58,173 nt of DNA from Candidatus Bathyarchaeota archaeon (GTDB taxonomy: Archaea > Thermoproteota > Bathyarchaeia > Bathyarchaeales > Bathycorpusculaceae). Of this stretch, positions 1-9,557 are shown one piece after another (the stretch's first letter is position 1; each line of letters begins with the position of its first letter). The notes under the pieces were generated by a model. That model was not told where the DNA came from. It searched no databases and worked only from the letters and a program-made list of their open reading frames with translations. A program made the position numbers and the translations under genes. Location: the NCBI GenBank assembly GCA_009889605.1, contig WUQU01000530.1:1-58173 (forward strand), read 5' to 3'.

Positions 1-205
1 CGACGCTTTAGTGGAAGTTGAAGAGAAAAATCTTCGTCGGCTAGATCAAGAGCTTTCTGAATACGTAAAAAGTCAAAGTTATGAATTTTCAGATGAAAAA
101 CGAAAGCCTCTAGAAAACGCACTATTAAAAAGTGCCCAAAAAATAGTGGGCAGACGGGGAATAGGCCATTCCCGCGTGCTTAAAGGGATAACTGCCAGAG
201 ACTGA
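1..205 (+). CDS. 3' end of a hypothetical protein, truncated by the window start
   Basis: Open frame from the window edge to TGA at 203-205; no recognisable motif. Confidence 0.5.
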   Translation, partial: DALVEVEEKNLRRLDQELSEYVKSQSYEFSDEKRKPLENALLKSAQKIVGRRGIGHSRVLKGITARD

Positions 206-246
206 AAGGTGATATTTTTATTGAATCCTACGCTATCATATACTTC

Positions 247-318
247 ATAGTGAGTTGTAAGCGGAAATTATAAATTGGTAATGTAATAATACATGGTAAC
301 CGCCTTACAATTTACTAT
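247..318. promoter_or_regulatory. Long imperfect inverted repeat enclosing a BRE/TATA promoter upstream of the HTH-PRTase gene
   Basis: atagtgagttgtaag (247-261) pairs with cttacaatttactat (304-318) with 2 G-T pairs; cgg/ccg extends the stem; cggaaaTTATAAAT (262-275) lies between the arms. Confidence 0.5.
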
Positions 319-342
319 TCCTTGTGTAAGTGGAGTATGGTT

Positions 343-1077
343 ATGAGCACACACGCAGAAGAGATGAAAATTCGCCTAATGACCATTGAACTTCTCAGAA
401 CTGCAAAGTATAAACGTAACATTACATATCGCGAATTGTCTTCTAAGACGGGTTTGCCCGTTACCGTTTTGAGCAGATATGCGAAAGGACATGTTTTGCC
501 CAATGCGGAAAGGGCTAGACAGCTTTGGAAAGTTTTAACAAAGTTTGTTGGTTTAGAGAACGAGCTTCGCAGTAGAATAAAGTTTAATGAAGACGGTTAT
601 TTCGACAACACTGAGATAATAGGGGATTTTAACATTCTCCAGCAAGCAGCCAACCACGCGCTTGCAAACTTTGCCGGAAAACGAGTTACGAAAGTTTTTA
701 CAGCTGCTGTGGATGGAATCCCCTTAGCCACTATGGTGGCAAACGCCCTTGGAGTCAACCTTGTAATAGCCAAAAGAAACAAAGAAGTTGGAGTCAAAGA
801 GTTCCTTGAAGAGACTTACGCGCTTAAAGATTCTGGAGTCACCATGACCCTTTATGTGCCCAAAGACTCTATCAAAAAAAGGGACAGCGTTCTAATAGTG
901 GATGATATGATTAAAACTGGGGAAACTCAAGCAGCCCTTGTAAATCTGGCACGCAAAGCGAAAGCTGAAATTTCAGGAGTTTTTTTCCTAATAGCTGTCG
1001 GAGACGAATGGAAAGCAAAAATGAAACTGCCTGAAGGATGCCCAGTTGAAGTGATAACCTACATCAAAAAAGCCTAA
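343..1077 (+). CDS. HTH + phosphoribosyltransferase-domain protein (PurR-like / adenine PRTase family regulator)
   Basis: N-terminal HTH (ITYRELSSKTGLPVTVLSRY); PRPP-binding motif VLIVDDMIKTGET; GGAG SD before ATG 343. Confidence 0.85.
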   Translation: MSTHAEEMKIRLMTIELLRTAKYKRNITYRELSSKTGLPVTVLSRYAKGHVLPNAERARQLWKVLTKFVGLENELRSRIKFNEDGYFDNTEIIGDFNILQQAANHALANFAGKRVTKVFTAAVDGIPLATMVANALGVNLVIAKRNKEVGVKEFLEETYALKDSGVTMTLYVPKDSIKKRDSVLIVDDMIKTGETQAALVNLARKAKAEISGVFFLIAVGDEWKAKMKLPEGCPVEVITYIKKA

Positions 1078-1773
1078 AACGTGTGCAGTTGCCTCTAACA
1101 GGGCAAGAAGCGCATTTCCGTTTCCTACAGAAATCCTTACCTAACCGAAGCAAGGCAGATTCAAAATTTACAAAAGATTTATCGGCGATTTCATTTTTAG
1201 CCCAAAAACTCTCGAGACGTTGCAGTGCTTCCTGAGGTTTTTCATCTTTCAATATTCCAAGATTTGGGGCTACGAGAACAACAAGGCTTGTAGGCTTCGG
1301 TTTAGCTTTTTCCCAAACCCCACGAAGCTCCCTTAAGAAGATGTTGACAGTTACATCGCCTATGTCCTTTTTCAAGAGCTTTCAGCTCCGCTTCCAAAGC
1401 CTGGGGGCTTGAGGCTTTTTTCATGAATTTTCGCCAGTTTCCCATCATACTTTTCCACAAGATTCCGCATAACAATCAAAAGTTTATCAGCTGTTTTGAA
1501 ATCGTAGCGAGTATAACCGCCCTCGTCTAGAATCCTCACAAGCCCATCCCATCCAGTTTCAAGGATTCTTTCAGGAGTTAAAACACTGTATTTCTGGAAG
1601 CACTTGTAAGTTTTAACGGCCGCCGCCTCTGTTATAGGCGCCCCGAAAAGTATAGACGCTAAAAACCATTTGAAAATCTCCTCTTCCCTTCCGCTTTTCA
1701 GGTCTATGCCTAAAGTTTCAGAGTATTTCACACCAAAATTTTCCACTAAAAACTCTAGGCTTTCCCGCCTCAT
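1064..1773 (-). pseudogene. HhH-GPD / endonuclease III-related protein with two +1 frameshifts
   Basis: FKWFLASILFG...LDEGGYTRYD in one frame; (G)IGDVTVNIFLRELR and C-terminal CRKRKCASCPV in another. Removing an extra A in the A6 run (~1416-1421) and one near 1365 restores KIHEKASSPQALEAELKALEKGIGD. Confidence 0.75.
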
Positions 1774-1840
1774 TTCGGCGCCATCTCCATTTAACAAATT
1801 TATACTGCGCAAGCATAAAACGGTTAGGTGAGGCCAATTT

Positions 1841-2863
1841 ATGCGGACAATAGAGTGGCGTAGCGGAAAAGTGGTAACAATAAACCAGCTGAAGCTTCCA
1901 ATGGAAACAGAGTTCTTGGAGATGCAAAGCTACAGCGAGGTGGCTGAAGCCATAAAAACCATGAAGATAAGGGGTGCGCCTTTACTGGGCGCCGCTGCAG
2001 CCTACGCGCTTGCTTTAGTGGCTTACCATTCAAAAGCAAAAACACGAAACAAGTTGATAGGCGAGTTAGAAAGAGCTGCGGAAACGTTGAAAAGGACTAG
2101 GCCTACGGCGGTGAACCTCTTCTGGGCTGTGGACCGCGTCCTAAACAAGGCGCGAAGCCTCAACGGAAGCCCAAGAGAGTTAGCTGAAGCAGTGGTTATG
2201 GAGGCGGAAAAAATAGCCGAAGAGGATGCAGCTGCAAACCGTTTGATAGGAAAGCATGGAGCAGCCCTCATAGAAGACGGAGACACGGTGCTAACTCACT
2301 GCAACGCAGGAGCCTTGGCAACTGTGGAATATGGCACAGCTTTAGGCGTCATAAGAGCAGCGGTGGAACAGGGCAAAAAAGTTAGGGTTATAGCCACTGA
2401 AACAAGGCCCAAACTGCAAGGCGCACGGCTGACAGCCTATGAGCTTAAACGCGACGGGATACCCGTCAAGCTGATAGCGGACACTATGGTTGGTTATGTC
2501 ATGTATAAGCGTATGGTTAATAGGGTTGTTGTGGGAGCTGACAGAATCGTGCAGGACGCGGTTATCAACAAGATAGGCACGTATCAGATAGCGATTTTAG
2601 CTAAAGAGCACGGTATTCCGTTTTATGTTGTTGCGCCCAAGTCAACCTTTGACCTTGGCCATAAGGCTGCGGAAATAGTTATAGAGGAGAGAAGCCCCGA
2701 AGAAGTCACGTTTATAGGCTCAGAGCGTATAGCTCCAGAAGGCGTAGAAGCATTAAACCCAGCTTTTGACATAACCCCGTTAAAATATGTGACGGCCATA
2801 ATCTGCGAAGAAGGCGTCATATATAAGGGGGATTTGCAAAGTTTAAAGCCGACAAAACAGTAG
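1841..2863 (+). CDS. mtnA: S-methyl-5-thioribose-1-phosphate isomerase (eIF-2B family)
   Basis: IRGAP, TRPTAVNLFWA, LTHCNAGALAT, ETRPKLQGARLT, NKIGTY, NPAFDITP motifs. Confidence 0.92.
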   Translation: MRTIEWRSGKVVTINQLKLPMETEFLEMQSYSEVAEAIKTMKIRGAPLLGAAAAYALALVAYHSKAKTRNKLIGELERAAETLKRTRPTAVNLFWAVDRVLNKARSLNGSPRELAEAVVMEAEKIAEEDAAANRLIGKHGAALIEDGDTVLTHCNAGALATVEYGTALGVIRAAVEQGKKVRVIATETRPKLQGARLTAYELKRDGIPVKLIADTMVGYVMYKRMVNRVVVGADRIVQDAVINKIGTYQIAILAKEHGIPFYVVAPKSTFDLGHKAAEIVIEERSPEEVTFIGSERIAPEGVEALNPAFDITPLKYVTAIICEEGVIYKGDLQSLKPTKQ

Positions 2864-2886
2864 AAGGCTAGCTGAGAGGCGCTTAA

Positions 2887-3444
2887 ATGAGTAAAAACAA
2901 GGAAAAGGCGCAGCTGCGTCAAGAAACAAAAATTGAGGGTTCGCTTACAGAAAATGGAGTGAAGATTTTAAAGAAACAAGGCGTAGAGGAGCTTAAGGCT
3001 AAGGGGTATGGCACAGAAGAGGACGACGCTTTAATTCTGAACTTTTACGAAGCTTTGTATTTGGTTGATAAAGGCTTATTGGAAGTGAGAGACGAGAAAG
3101 GGGCCGCGATGGCTTTTGACGTGCTTTTACAGGTTGCAGAGAAAACCGACGAGAACGCTTGGGCGAAATATCTGGTTTACAGGGATTTGAGAACCCGTGG
3201 ATACGTGGTTCGTGAAGGCTTCGGCTTAGGCATAGACTTCAGAGCCTACGAGAGAGGCGAATACGGCAAAGACACGGCAAAATACTTGATTCTAAGCCTT
3301 CAAGAGGGGAAGCCTCTGACTTTGGAAGCCTTAACCCAGACGCTGAAGCAATGTCAAAGCCTAAAAAAGGAGTTGATTTTGGCGGTTATGAGCCGCCGGG
3401 GAGAAATAGTTTACTATTCAGTTTCCCAATTAACCCTAAAATAA
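2887..3444 (+). CDS. endA: tRNA-intron endonuclease subunit, probably the structural (non-catalytic) subunit
   Basis: LNFYEALYL and YLVYRDLRTRGYVV..G motifs; catalytic Tyr and His positions appear substituted. Confidence 0.8.
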   Translation: MSKNKEKAQLRQETKIEGSLTENGVKILKKQGVEELKAKGYGTEEDDALILNFYEALYLVDKGLLEVRDEKGAAMAFDVLLQVAEKTDENAWAKYLVYRDLRTRGYVVREGFGLGIDFRAYERGEYGKDTAKYLILSLQEGKPLTLEALTQTLKQCQSLKKELILAVMSRRGEIVYYSVSQLTLK

Positions 3445-3458
3445 GGGAGGACTGAGCC

Positions 3459-4748
3459 GTGAAAGCTTTCAAAATTGTTCGGGGAATGAGGGATTTTCTT
3501 CCAGAAGAAGCTCAAATGTTGAGGCTGATTGAAGGCAAAGCTAGAAACGTGGCTAAGCTTTACGGTTATGAAGAGATAATAACCCCCGTTGTTGAGTCCT
3601 ACGAGCTTTTGGCTGCAAAATCTGGGGAAGAAGTGCGTTCAAGGATGTTTGCTTTCAAGGATTTAGGCGGAAGAAAGGTTGCTTTAAGGCCGGAGTTTAC
3701 GGCTTCTGTGGCGAGGCTTGTGGCAACCACCTTGCGGAACGCGCCTAAACCCTTGCGGTTACTGTGCATCGGAAGCCTATACAGGTATGATGAGCCGCAG
3801 AAAGGCCGTTTCAGAGAGTTTTGGCAGTCAAACTTTGAACTCATAGGCCCTGAAAAACCAGAAGCGGACGCGGAAATACTGCTTTTAACCAACAACCTCA
3901 TGAAGTCTGTTGGGCTGAGAAACTATGCTTTCAAAGTTGGGCATATAGGGGTTTTGAGGGGAATTTTAGGCCGTGAAGGCTTGGCGGAAGACGTTCAGAA
4001 CAGGGCTTTGCAGCTTATGGATAAAAAACAGTATGAAGACGCCTTAAGCCTAGTTAAGGATGCTGGCGCCTCAGAGAAATGCCTAACGCTTTTGCAGAAA
4101 ATGGTGAACATTAGAGGCTGCAACCTTTCCAGTGTTTTAGGCGAGATGAAAAGGCTTGTGGAAGATTACAGTGGGGCTTCTGCGGCTGTTGAGAACCTTG
4201 CCGAAATCGTAGAGCTTGTTTCAAAGGCTTGCAATCTGGACGTTATGGTGGACGCCGGCTTCGCACGGGGACTTGAATATTATACGGGGATGATTTTTGA
4301 GGTTTACGTTCCAGAGTTGGACATAGCCTTGGCTGGCGGCGGAAGATATGATAGGCTTGTGGAGTTGTTTGGAGGCGAACCCACTCCGGCAGTTGGCGTT
4401 GCCCATGGATTGGACAGGATAATGCTTGCCCTTCAGGAACAAAAGGCGCTTGTGAAGCCTTATGGGGATAAAAGGGTTGTGGTTGTTTCTGTTAGCGAAG
4501 CCTTAAGCACTGAGGCCTTGAGGGTTTCGGAGACTCTGAGGGCGGAGGGCATACCGGTTGAGGTTGAGGTTATGGGGAGAAAGGTTGCCAAGGCTTTGGA
4601 GACCGCCAACAGAAAGGGCATAGCCTACGTGGTTTTGGTTGGGGAGAGGGAGCTGAAAGAGGGAGCGGTTACCCTTAGAGATATGGAGAGAAAAGAGCAG
4701 CGCACCTTGAAAATTGAGGAGTTAGCAAAAGCGATTAGAACTGGCTGA
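3459..4748 (+). CDS. hisS: Histidine--tRNA ligase
   Basis: RGMRDFLP, LRPEFTAS, YRYDEPQKGRFREFWQ, RGLEYYTG, GGGRYD; C-terminal anticodon-binding domain. Confidence 0.97.
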   Translation: MKAFKIVRGMRDFLPEEAQMLRLIEGKARNVAKLYGYEEIITPVVESYELLAAKSGEEVRSRMFAFKDLGGRKVALRPEFTASVARLVATTLRNAPKPLRLLCIGSLYRYDEPQKGRFREFWQSNFELIGPEKPEADAEILLLTNNLMKSVGLRNYAFKVGHIGVLRGILGREGLAEDVQNRALQLMDKKQYEDALSLVKDAGASEKCLTLLQKMVNIRGCNLSSVLGEMKRLVEDYSGASAAVENLAEIVELVSKACNLDVMVDAGFARGLEYYTGMIFEVYVPELDIALAGGGRYDRLVELFGGEPTPAVGVAHGLDRIMLALQEQKALVKPYGDKRVVVVSVSEALSTEALRVSETLRAEGIPVEVEVMGRKVAKALETANRKGIAYVVLVGERELKEGAVTLRDMERKEQRTLKIEELAKAIRTG

Positions 4749-4749
4749 A

Positions 4750-5238
4750 TTAAGCCTTTAGGGCTTCTTTTTCTCTTCTTAGAAAATATCCAATGTCCAG
4801 AATGTTTTCCACGGCCACTCCCCGCTTGGATTTATCTAGGTTTTGCTTGATTTTGCCGAAGCCTAGGCATTCGCCATGCTTGTTAAAAATTAAAGTGTAG
4901 CTGCCTTTTTCCCTTGAACCTTCAATGTGCACGATGCCCTGTTTGAACAGGTCTCTTCCGCATATAAAAAGCCAGGCAGCTTTATCGTCAACGACTATTT
5001 GGTTTTTGGCTTTTTTAGCAATCAAGGAAAGTAGGGGAAAACTTGGGAGGAACTTTCCGCGTTCCAGTTTTCCGAGGGGGAGACCGGCATAATAATACTG
5101 CCTATTCTTTTCAACTAGGGTTTTCAGGTTTGGGGGTATGTAGAAAAACTTGTTGCCTTTCTTCGCCACAAATTTCCAGTCTAGGTTTATTTTGGCGGCG
5201 TCGAAAAGTTTTATGAAATTTTTTATTTGCTCCGCCAT
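4750..5238 (-). CDS. NIP7-like PUA-domain RNA-binding protein
   Basis: GLPLG..., AAWLFICGRDLF, CLGFG, DIGYFLRRE; directly follows the NOP2-family methyltransferase. Confidence 0.8.
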   Translation of the reverse strand: MAEQIKNFIKLFDAAKINLDWKFVAKKGNKFFYIPPNLKTLVEKNRQYYYAGLPLGKLERGKFLPSFPLLSLIAKKAKNQIVVDDKAAWLFICGRDLFKQGIVHIEGSREKGSYTLIFNKHGECLGFGKIKQNLDKSKRGVAVENILDIGYFLRREKEALKA

Positions 5239-5243
5239 TTTCC

Positions 5244-6122
5244 TTACCCCTTAGTAAGTTTGCATACGAAGAAGCCTTGGGTTTCTCCGGGCCAGATCCG
5301 TCGGCAATACTTTATGGAATTGTCGAGTTGTTTTCCGAAAATTTTTGTGGGGGCTTCTTCTCCGTGGCATTTTACTTCTGCAACTTTAAGCTTTAAGTTT
5401 TTGACGGCCCAGTCTATGTTGAACTCGTTTTCTTCTGGTTCTAAGGAGCAGGTGGCGTAAACAAGTTCGCCGTCGTCAGCGAGGATTTTTGCGGTTTCGG
5501 CGAGGATTTCTCTTTGCAGTTTTGCGTTTCGTTCCACATCGGCTATTGTTCGCTGTTTGAACCATTGTTTGTCTGTGGCAAAGTTGCCGCTGCATGGAAC
5601 ATCGAGCAGTATCCGGTCAAATTTTAGGCCGAGTTTTGAGGCTTGTCTGGCGTCCAGCGGGTAGACTATGGTGTTTTTGATTTTGCAGCGTTCCAACTGG
5701 TTTGCTAAGGCGTTGAGTCTCCGCCTTTTGACGTCTAAGGCTATGATGGCGCCTGTATTCTCCATTAAGTCGGCTAATTGGGTGGTTTTGCCGCCTGGAG
5801 CTGCGCACGCGTCTAAAACAGTTTTTTCCTTTAAGTCTGTGAATAGGGTTGCGGGGATTTGGGCGGCTGCCTCTTGGATTGAATAATAGCCTAAAAGGTA
5901 TTCGATGGTTGCTCCGGCTGAGAATTTTTGCGCTGTTATCCAGTAGCCGTTTTTGAGGAATGGAACTTTCTCAAGCCTAAAGCCTAAACCTTCAAGCCTT
6001 TCAATAAGATTGAAGCCCTTAACGTTTACAGCGTTTATCCGTATAGCCTGTTTAGGCGTGGTTTCTTTGAATTCCCAGCCGAGCATGCGGTAGCGACGTG
6101 TGAAAAATTCTTTACTGGACAT
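5244..6122 (-). CDS. RsmB/NOL1/NOP2 family RNA m5C methyltransferase
   Basis: VLDACAAPGGKT, LLDVPCSG and YATCSLEPEENE motifs. Confidence 0.93.
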   Translation of the reverse strand: MSSKEFFTRRYRMLGWEFKETTPKQAIRINAVNVKGFNLIERLEGLGFRLEKVPFLKNGYWITAQKFSAGATIEYLLGYYSIQEAAAQIPATLFTDLKEKTVLDACAAPGGKTTQLADLMENTGAIIALDVKRRRLNALANQLERCKIKNTIVYPLDARQASKLGLKFDRILLDVPCSGNFATDKQWFKQRTIADVERNAKLQREILAETAKILADDGELVYATCSLEPEENEFNIDWAVKNLKLKVAEVKCHGEEAPTKIFGKQLDNSIKYCRRIWPGETQGFFVCKLTKG

Positions 6123-6196
6123 CAATGATAAAGAAGGGTTGGAAACAATAAAAGCTTGGTGTAGGAACAAGTGGGTGATTGGAGAGGCGTGAGGTT

Positions 6197-6619
6197 ATGA
6201 AGTTTAAGGCGAAGGCGTTTATTTCCGGACCCATTCAAGGAATGGAGACAAGACAAGCGTATAGAGAAAGGATAAGCGAGATTTGCATTCGCTGTGGATA
6301 CGAGCCAGTGGACCCGTGGAAACGGGAAAAAATACTTTACAAAGGAACGGAAAACGACTGGTGGAAGAAAGTTCCCGTGGACGGTTTTATTAAACGGGAT
6401 TTAGAAGACATTGAAAAATGCAGTGTTCTAATTGCGTATATGCCTAAGCTTTCGGCTGGAACATGCATGGAGCTTTTCTACGCTAAGCTAAAGGGGAAAA
6501 AGACCATATGCATATGCGGCCTCAAAAACCCAAGCCCATGGATAACAGCCCACTCAGACATACTCATAAAGAAAATAAAAGAATTGGAAAACGCATTAAA
6601 GGCAACAAACATTTGTTAA
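6197..6619 (+). CDS. Nucleoside 2-deoxyribosyltransferase family protein
   Basis: FISGP, RDLEDIEKC.VLIA, SAGTCMELFYA.LKGK pattern. Confidence 0.8.
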   Translation: MKFKAKAFISGPIQGMETRQAYRERISEICIRCGYEPVDPWKREKILYKGTENDWWKKVPVDGFIKRDLEDIEKCSVLIAYMPKLSAGTCMELFYAKLKGKKTICICGLKNPSPWITAHSDILIKKIKELENALKATNIC

Positions 6620-6624
6620 CGAAC

Positions 6625-7527
6625 TTAGGAGAGCTTAACTTTTAACGCTGCTCTTACTCTTGCGGATCTTGACCTAGGGTTTTTTGTAACCTCCTCTTTA
6701 GAAGGCCGTAAGGGCTTTTTTGTTAAGATTTTTAAGATGCCTTCTTTGGCTTTGTTTCGCATGAAGTTTTTGACTATGCGGTCTTCTAGGGAGTGAAAGG
6801 CGATTACGACGAGTCTGCCTCCATTTTCCATTATGTCAACAGCTTGGGGTAAAGCCTTCTCTAAACTTTCTAGTTCGCTGTTCACGGCTATTCTTAGGGC
6901 TTGGAAGGTTTTTGTCGCGAAATGAATTCTTCTACGGTGATACCAGGCGGGTGTGGCTCTTTCAACCGCCATAACCAAGTCCACAGTAGTCTTCAAAGGC
7001 CTAAACCTTACAATTTCTTCGGCTATGCGTCTTGAAAACCGTTCCTCGCCGTAAACCCTCAAAACCCGCTCAATATCCTTTACGCTCCAATAGTTTAGTA
7101 TGGCCTCAGCGGTCAGCGTGTTCTGTTGCGGGTTATACCTCATGTCCAGCGGTTCATCCCTCAGAAAAGAGAATCCCCGGCGGCTTTCTTCCAAATGCCA
7201 ACTGGAAAAGCCTAAATCGAATAAGACGCCTGAAACCCGATTAAAGCCGTGCCTTTCAACTATCGCGTTTAGGTTTGCAAAATTGTCACAGACGAGGATT
7301 AAGCGCTCATCGTAGTCTGTGCCTTCAATTTTAAGCTTAAGCCTCTCCAAAAGCGTGGGGTCGCAGTCCACGCCTAAAACCTTTCCGCTGGGTTTGGTGC
7401 GTTCTAAAATGGCCATGGTGTGGCCGCCTTCGCCAATGGTGCAGTCCACAAAATTTTCACACGGCTTAGGGTTAAGATACTGAATAACTTCTTCCTTCAT
7501 AACTGGAAAGTGCAAACACGCCACCAC
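6625..7527 (-). CDS. rsmH: 16S rRNA m4C1402 methyltransferase RsmH (MraW), bacterial type
   Basis: HFPVM.EEV, DCTIGEGGH, DLGFSSWHL..SRRGFSF..DEPLDMRY, FQALRIAVN.EL, FHSLEDRIVK, NPRSRSA motifs. Confidence 0.95.
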   Translation of the reverse strand: MVACLHFPVMKEEVIQYLNPKPCENFVDCTIGEGGHTMAILERTKPSGKVLGVDCDPTLLERLKLKIEGTDYDERLILVCDNFANLNAIVERHGFNRVSGVLFDLGFSSWHLEESRRGFSFLRDEPLDMRYNPQQNTLTAEAILNYWSVKDIERVLRVYGEERFSRRIAEEIVRFRPLKTTVDLVMAVERATPAWYHRRRIHFATKTFQALRIAVNSELESLEKALPQAVDIMENGGRLVVIAFHSLEDRIVKNFMRNKAKEGILKILTKKPLRPSKEEVTKNPRSRSARVRAALKVKLS

Positions 7528-7602
7528 ATTGCCATTCCAATAAATAAAGGCTTAAACCTTATAACCGAATCTAAAAGCGCTTTAACACAGCGAAATAGCC
7601 GG

Positions 7603-7971
7603 CTATGCTTGCGCTGGATTTTCAGCCATATGCCTTCCACGCCTAACCTTAGGCAATAGATAAGCGAGAATGAAGGCAACAGCCATTAAAACCGTCACTA
7701 AAGCTGTTATTATTGCAATAACTATGCTTCCAGTCAAAAAATAGCCGCAAACAATTATTCCAATAGCTCCAACAGCGGAAAACACTTCTAAAGCCTTCTT
7801 CAACCTGCAATCGCCGGCAACATGCACGGTGAGAAAACCCGAAACTCCAGCAAACACAAGCGCCACGCCCAGCGTGGCAGTAACAACATCTCCCGAATAA
7901 AACCCACTTAAAAACATGAGAAAACCTAAAAGACTCCAAACCAAAGAAACTCAACGAGAAAGCTTAACCAA
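7603..7971 (-). pseudogene. Small 3-4 TM membrane protein, probably with an early in-frame TGA
   Basis: Hydrophobic ORF 7603-7944. The same frame extends to a TTG at 7971 with a GGTGG SD but has TGA at 7951-7953 (MVKLSR*VSLVWS). Confidence 0.5.
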
Positions 7972-8251
7972 ACACGACCACCAACCAACAAAAATCCTCA
8001 AACATCTTATAAGAATTACTCGCGTTAAAATTCACAAAGTACAAGTTTTAGCGCTCTCGATTCCTTAATTATTTCTAATCTAATTATTCCTTGTCTATTG
8101 CCAGAATAGCTTCCATGCAGACCTCATTTTTTCGTCCAACGTTGCTTCTGTTTAACTGTTAGGAACATACTTGCTAATGATAATTTTGCCAATTTTTCTA
8201 ATAATAAGTCCTTCTGAAACTTTAATTTAAAAAGAGGGGAGAATGGAGGTG

Positions 8252-9433
8252 TTAAGGCGAGGTTGCTGTAACCGTGTAGGAATGGAATCCTTCACCCATT
8301 AGTCTTATCGTGTATTCGTTGTCAATTATAGGAGTTACGGTAAACAGTGGATATTCGTTATGCTTCCAGCCGGTGTATAATGCAATAACGCCTGTAAAAT
8401 TCAACGTGACAGTTTCTCCAGGCTCTATGGTTACCGACGAAAACGGCTTGAAAAGTTTACCCTTCTCTGGGAAGTTTCCGCAAAGCGGAATCAGCGATGT
8501 ATCGTTCACTTTGAAAGGAATTGTCTGAGGGTAAACCCGTACCTTGCACTTATATTGCCAACCATGTCCAGAACCTCTGAAAAACCACTTCATTGTCGTG
8601 TTAAATTTGCCATGTAAAGTAAGCCCGAAAACTCTGAAGGTAATATCGCCTTCATTCTTCAATGTTACCGAAAGACTTGTAATGTTACCGTTCACTGTGA
8701 GTGAAGCTGAAACAATTGTAAGGTTTCTTGAAAAGTCCTCTGTTACACGCACAAGTCGCACCCTATTGTTTTCGCCTATCTGAATAATGGTTCCGACCTT
8801 GAGGTGGGCTGCAGTTAACTCATGTATGATAATAGCCTTTGCGCTTGGTACAAGCACATAATAGTACACTGTCGTGTCGTTTTCGCCTAATGCTTGTATC
8901 TGAACAAGTGTCGGGTTAAAGTCAATAAGCACTCCTAAAAGAGTTTGGTTAACTTTACCATTCAAGATCTTTACGACAAAGGTGTCAGACAGCGAAGTAA
9001 CATTATACGTTTGTTTGTTGATGACTGCTGTGACATTTTCAATAGTGAATTTAACTTTGTCCACTGTTGAATTTACCGGTATGGTTATGGTGGCAAGCGT
9101 CTGCGTCATGTTGACAAGCGAAAACAGGTTCACTGTACCTGAAGCACCAACTGAAACCCACTTGTCAGTGCCATTAGGATAAATAACGTGAAGCGAGACA
9201 TCTGTGTAAGTCAAATTGAGTTGAGTGGTTCCCGCAGGTACGGTGGGCGGATCAGTCAGCAAAACAGCAAGAGTGGCTGCCTCAACCTTTGGAAATGAAG
9301 GCGTATTAGTCATGCCGGACTTTTTAGACATATTAGGCATATTGGACAGATTTGCGAATAAAGATAAAGCAATGACAGCAATTGCAGCGATGATTGCAGC
9401 AGAACCGTACTTAAAAGTCCATTTTTGATACAT
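8252..9433 (-). CDS. DUF4382-like membrane-anchored extracellular beta-rich protein
   Basis: N-terminal TM helix, LAVLLTDPP motif, many N-x-S/T sequons. Confidence 0.7.
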   Translation of the reverse strand: MYQKWTFKYGSAAIIAAIAVIALSLFANLSNMPNMSKKSGMTNTPSFPKVEAATLAVLLTDPPTVPAGTTQLNLTYTDVSLHVIYPNGTDKWVSVGASGTVNLFSLVNMTQTLATITIPVNSTVDKVKFTIENVTAVINKQTYNVTSLSDTFVVKILNGKVNQTLLGVLIDFNPTLVQIQALGENDTTVYYYVLVPSAKAIIIHELTAAHLKVGTIIQIGENNRVRLVRVTEDFSRNLTIVSASLTVNGNITSLSVTLKNEGDITFRVFGLTLHGKFNTTMKWFFRGSGHGWQYKCKVRVYPQTIPFKVNDTSLIPLCGNFPEKGKLFKPFSSVTIEPGETVTLNFTGVIALYTGWKHNEYPLFTVTPIIDNEYTIRLMGEGFHSYTVTATSP

Positions 9434-9480
9434 GTACCTTCCTTCGCATGAGAATAAAACAGCGGCAAATTAAAACCTAC

Positions 9481-9535
9481 ACATTTTAAAGCTTTTTAAA
9501 AATGTTTTAAGGAATGTTAAAAAGCCTTTAAACAT
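9481..9535. promoter_or_regulatory. Two overlapping imperfect palindromes (candidate operator) upstream of the DUF4382 gene
   Basis: acattttaaa/tttaaaaatgt (9481-9505) and atgttttaagg/cctttaaacat (9502-9535). Confidence 0.4.
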
Positions 9536-9557
9536 AGAAAAATGCAAAAGCAGCTGG

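Noticed and set aside
7415..7428. 13/14 match to the tRNA-Gly 3' end (10100-10113) as an att site bounding an island
   Set aside because: It lies within the conserved GGH codons of intact rsmH, and no integrase is present; coincidental.
8040..8225. AT-rich spacer with a short minus-strand reading-frame remnant
   Set aside because: Multiple stops and no recognisable motif; a call cannot be supported.
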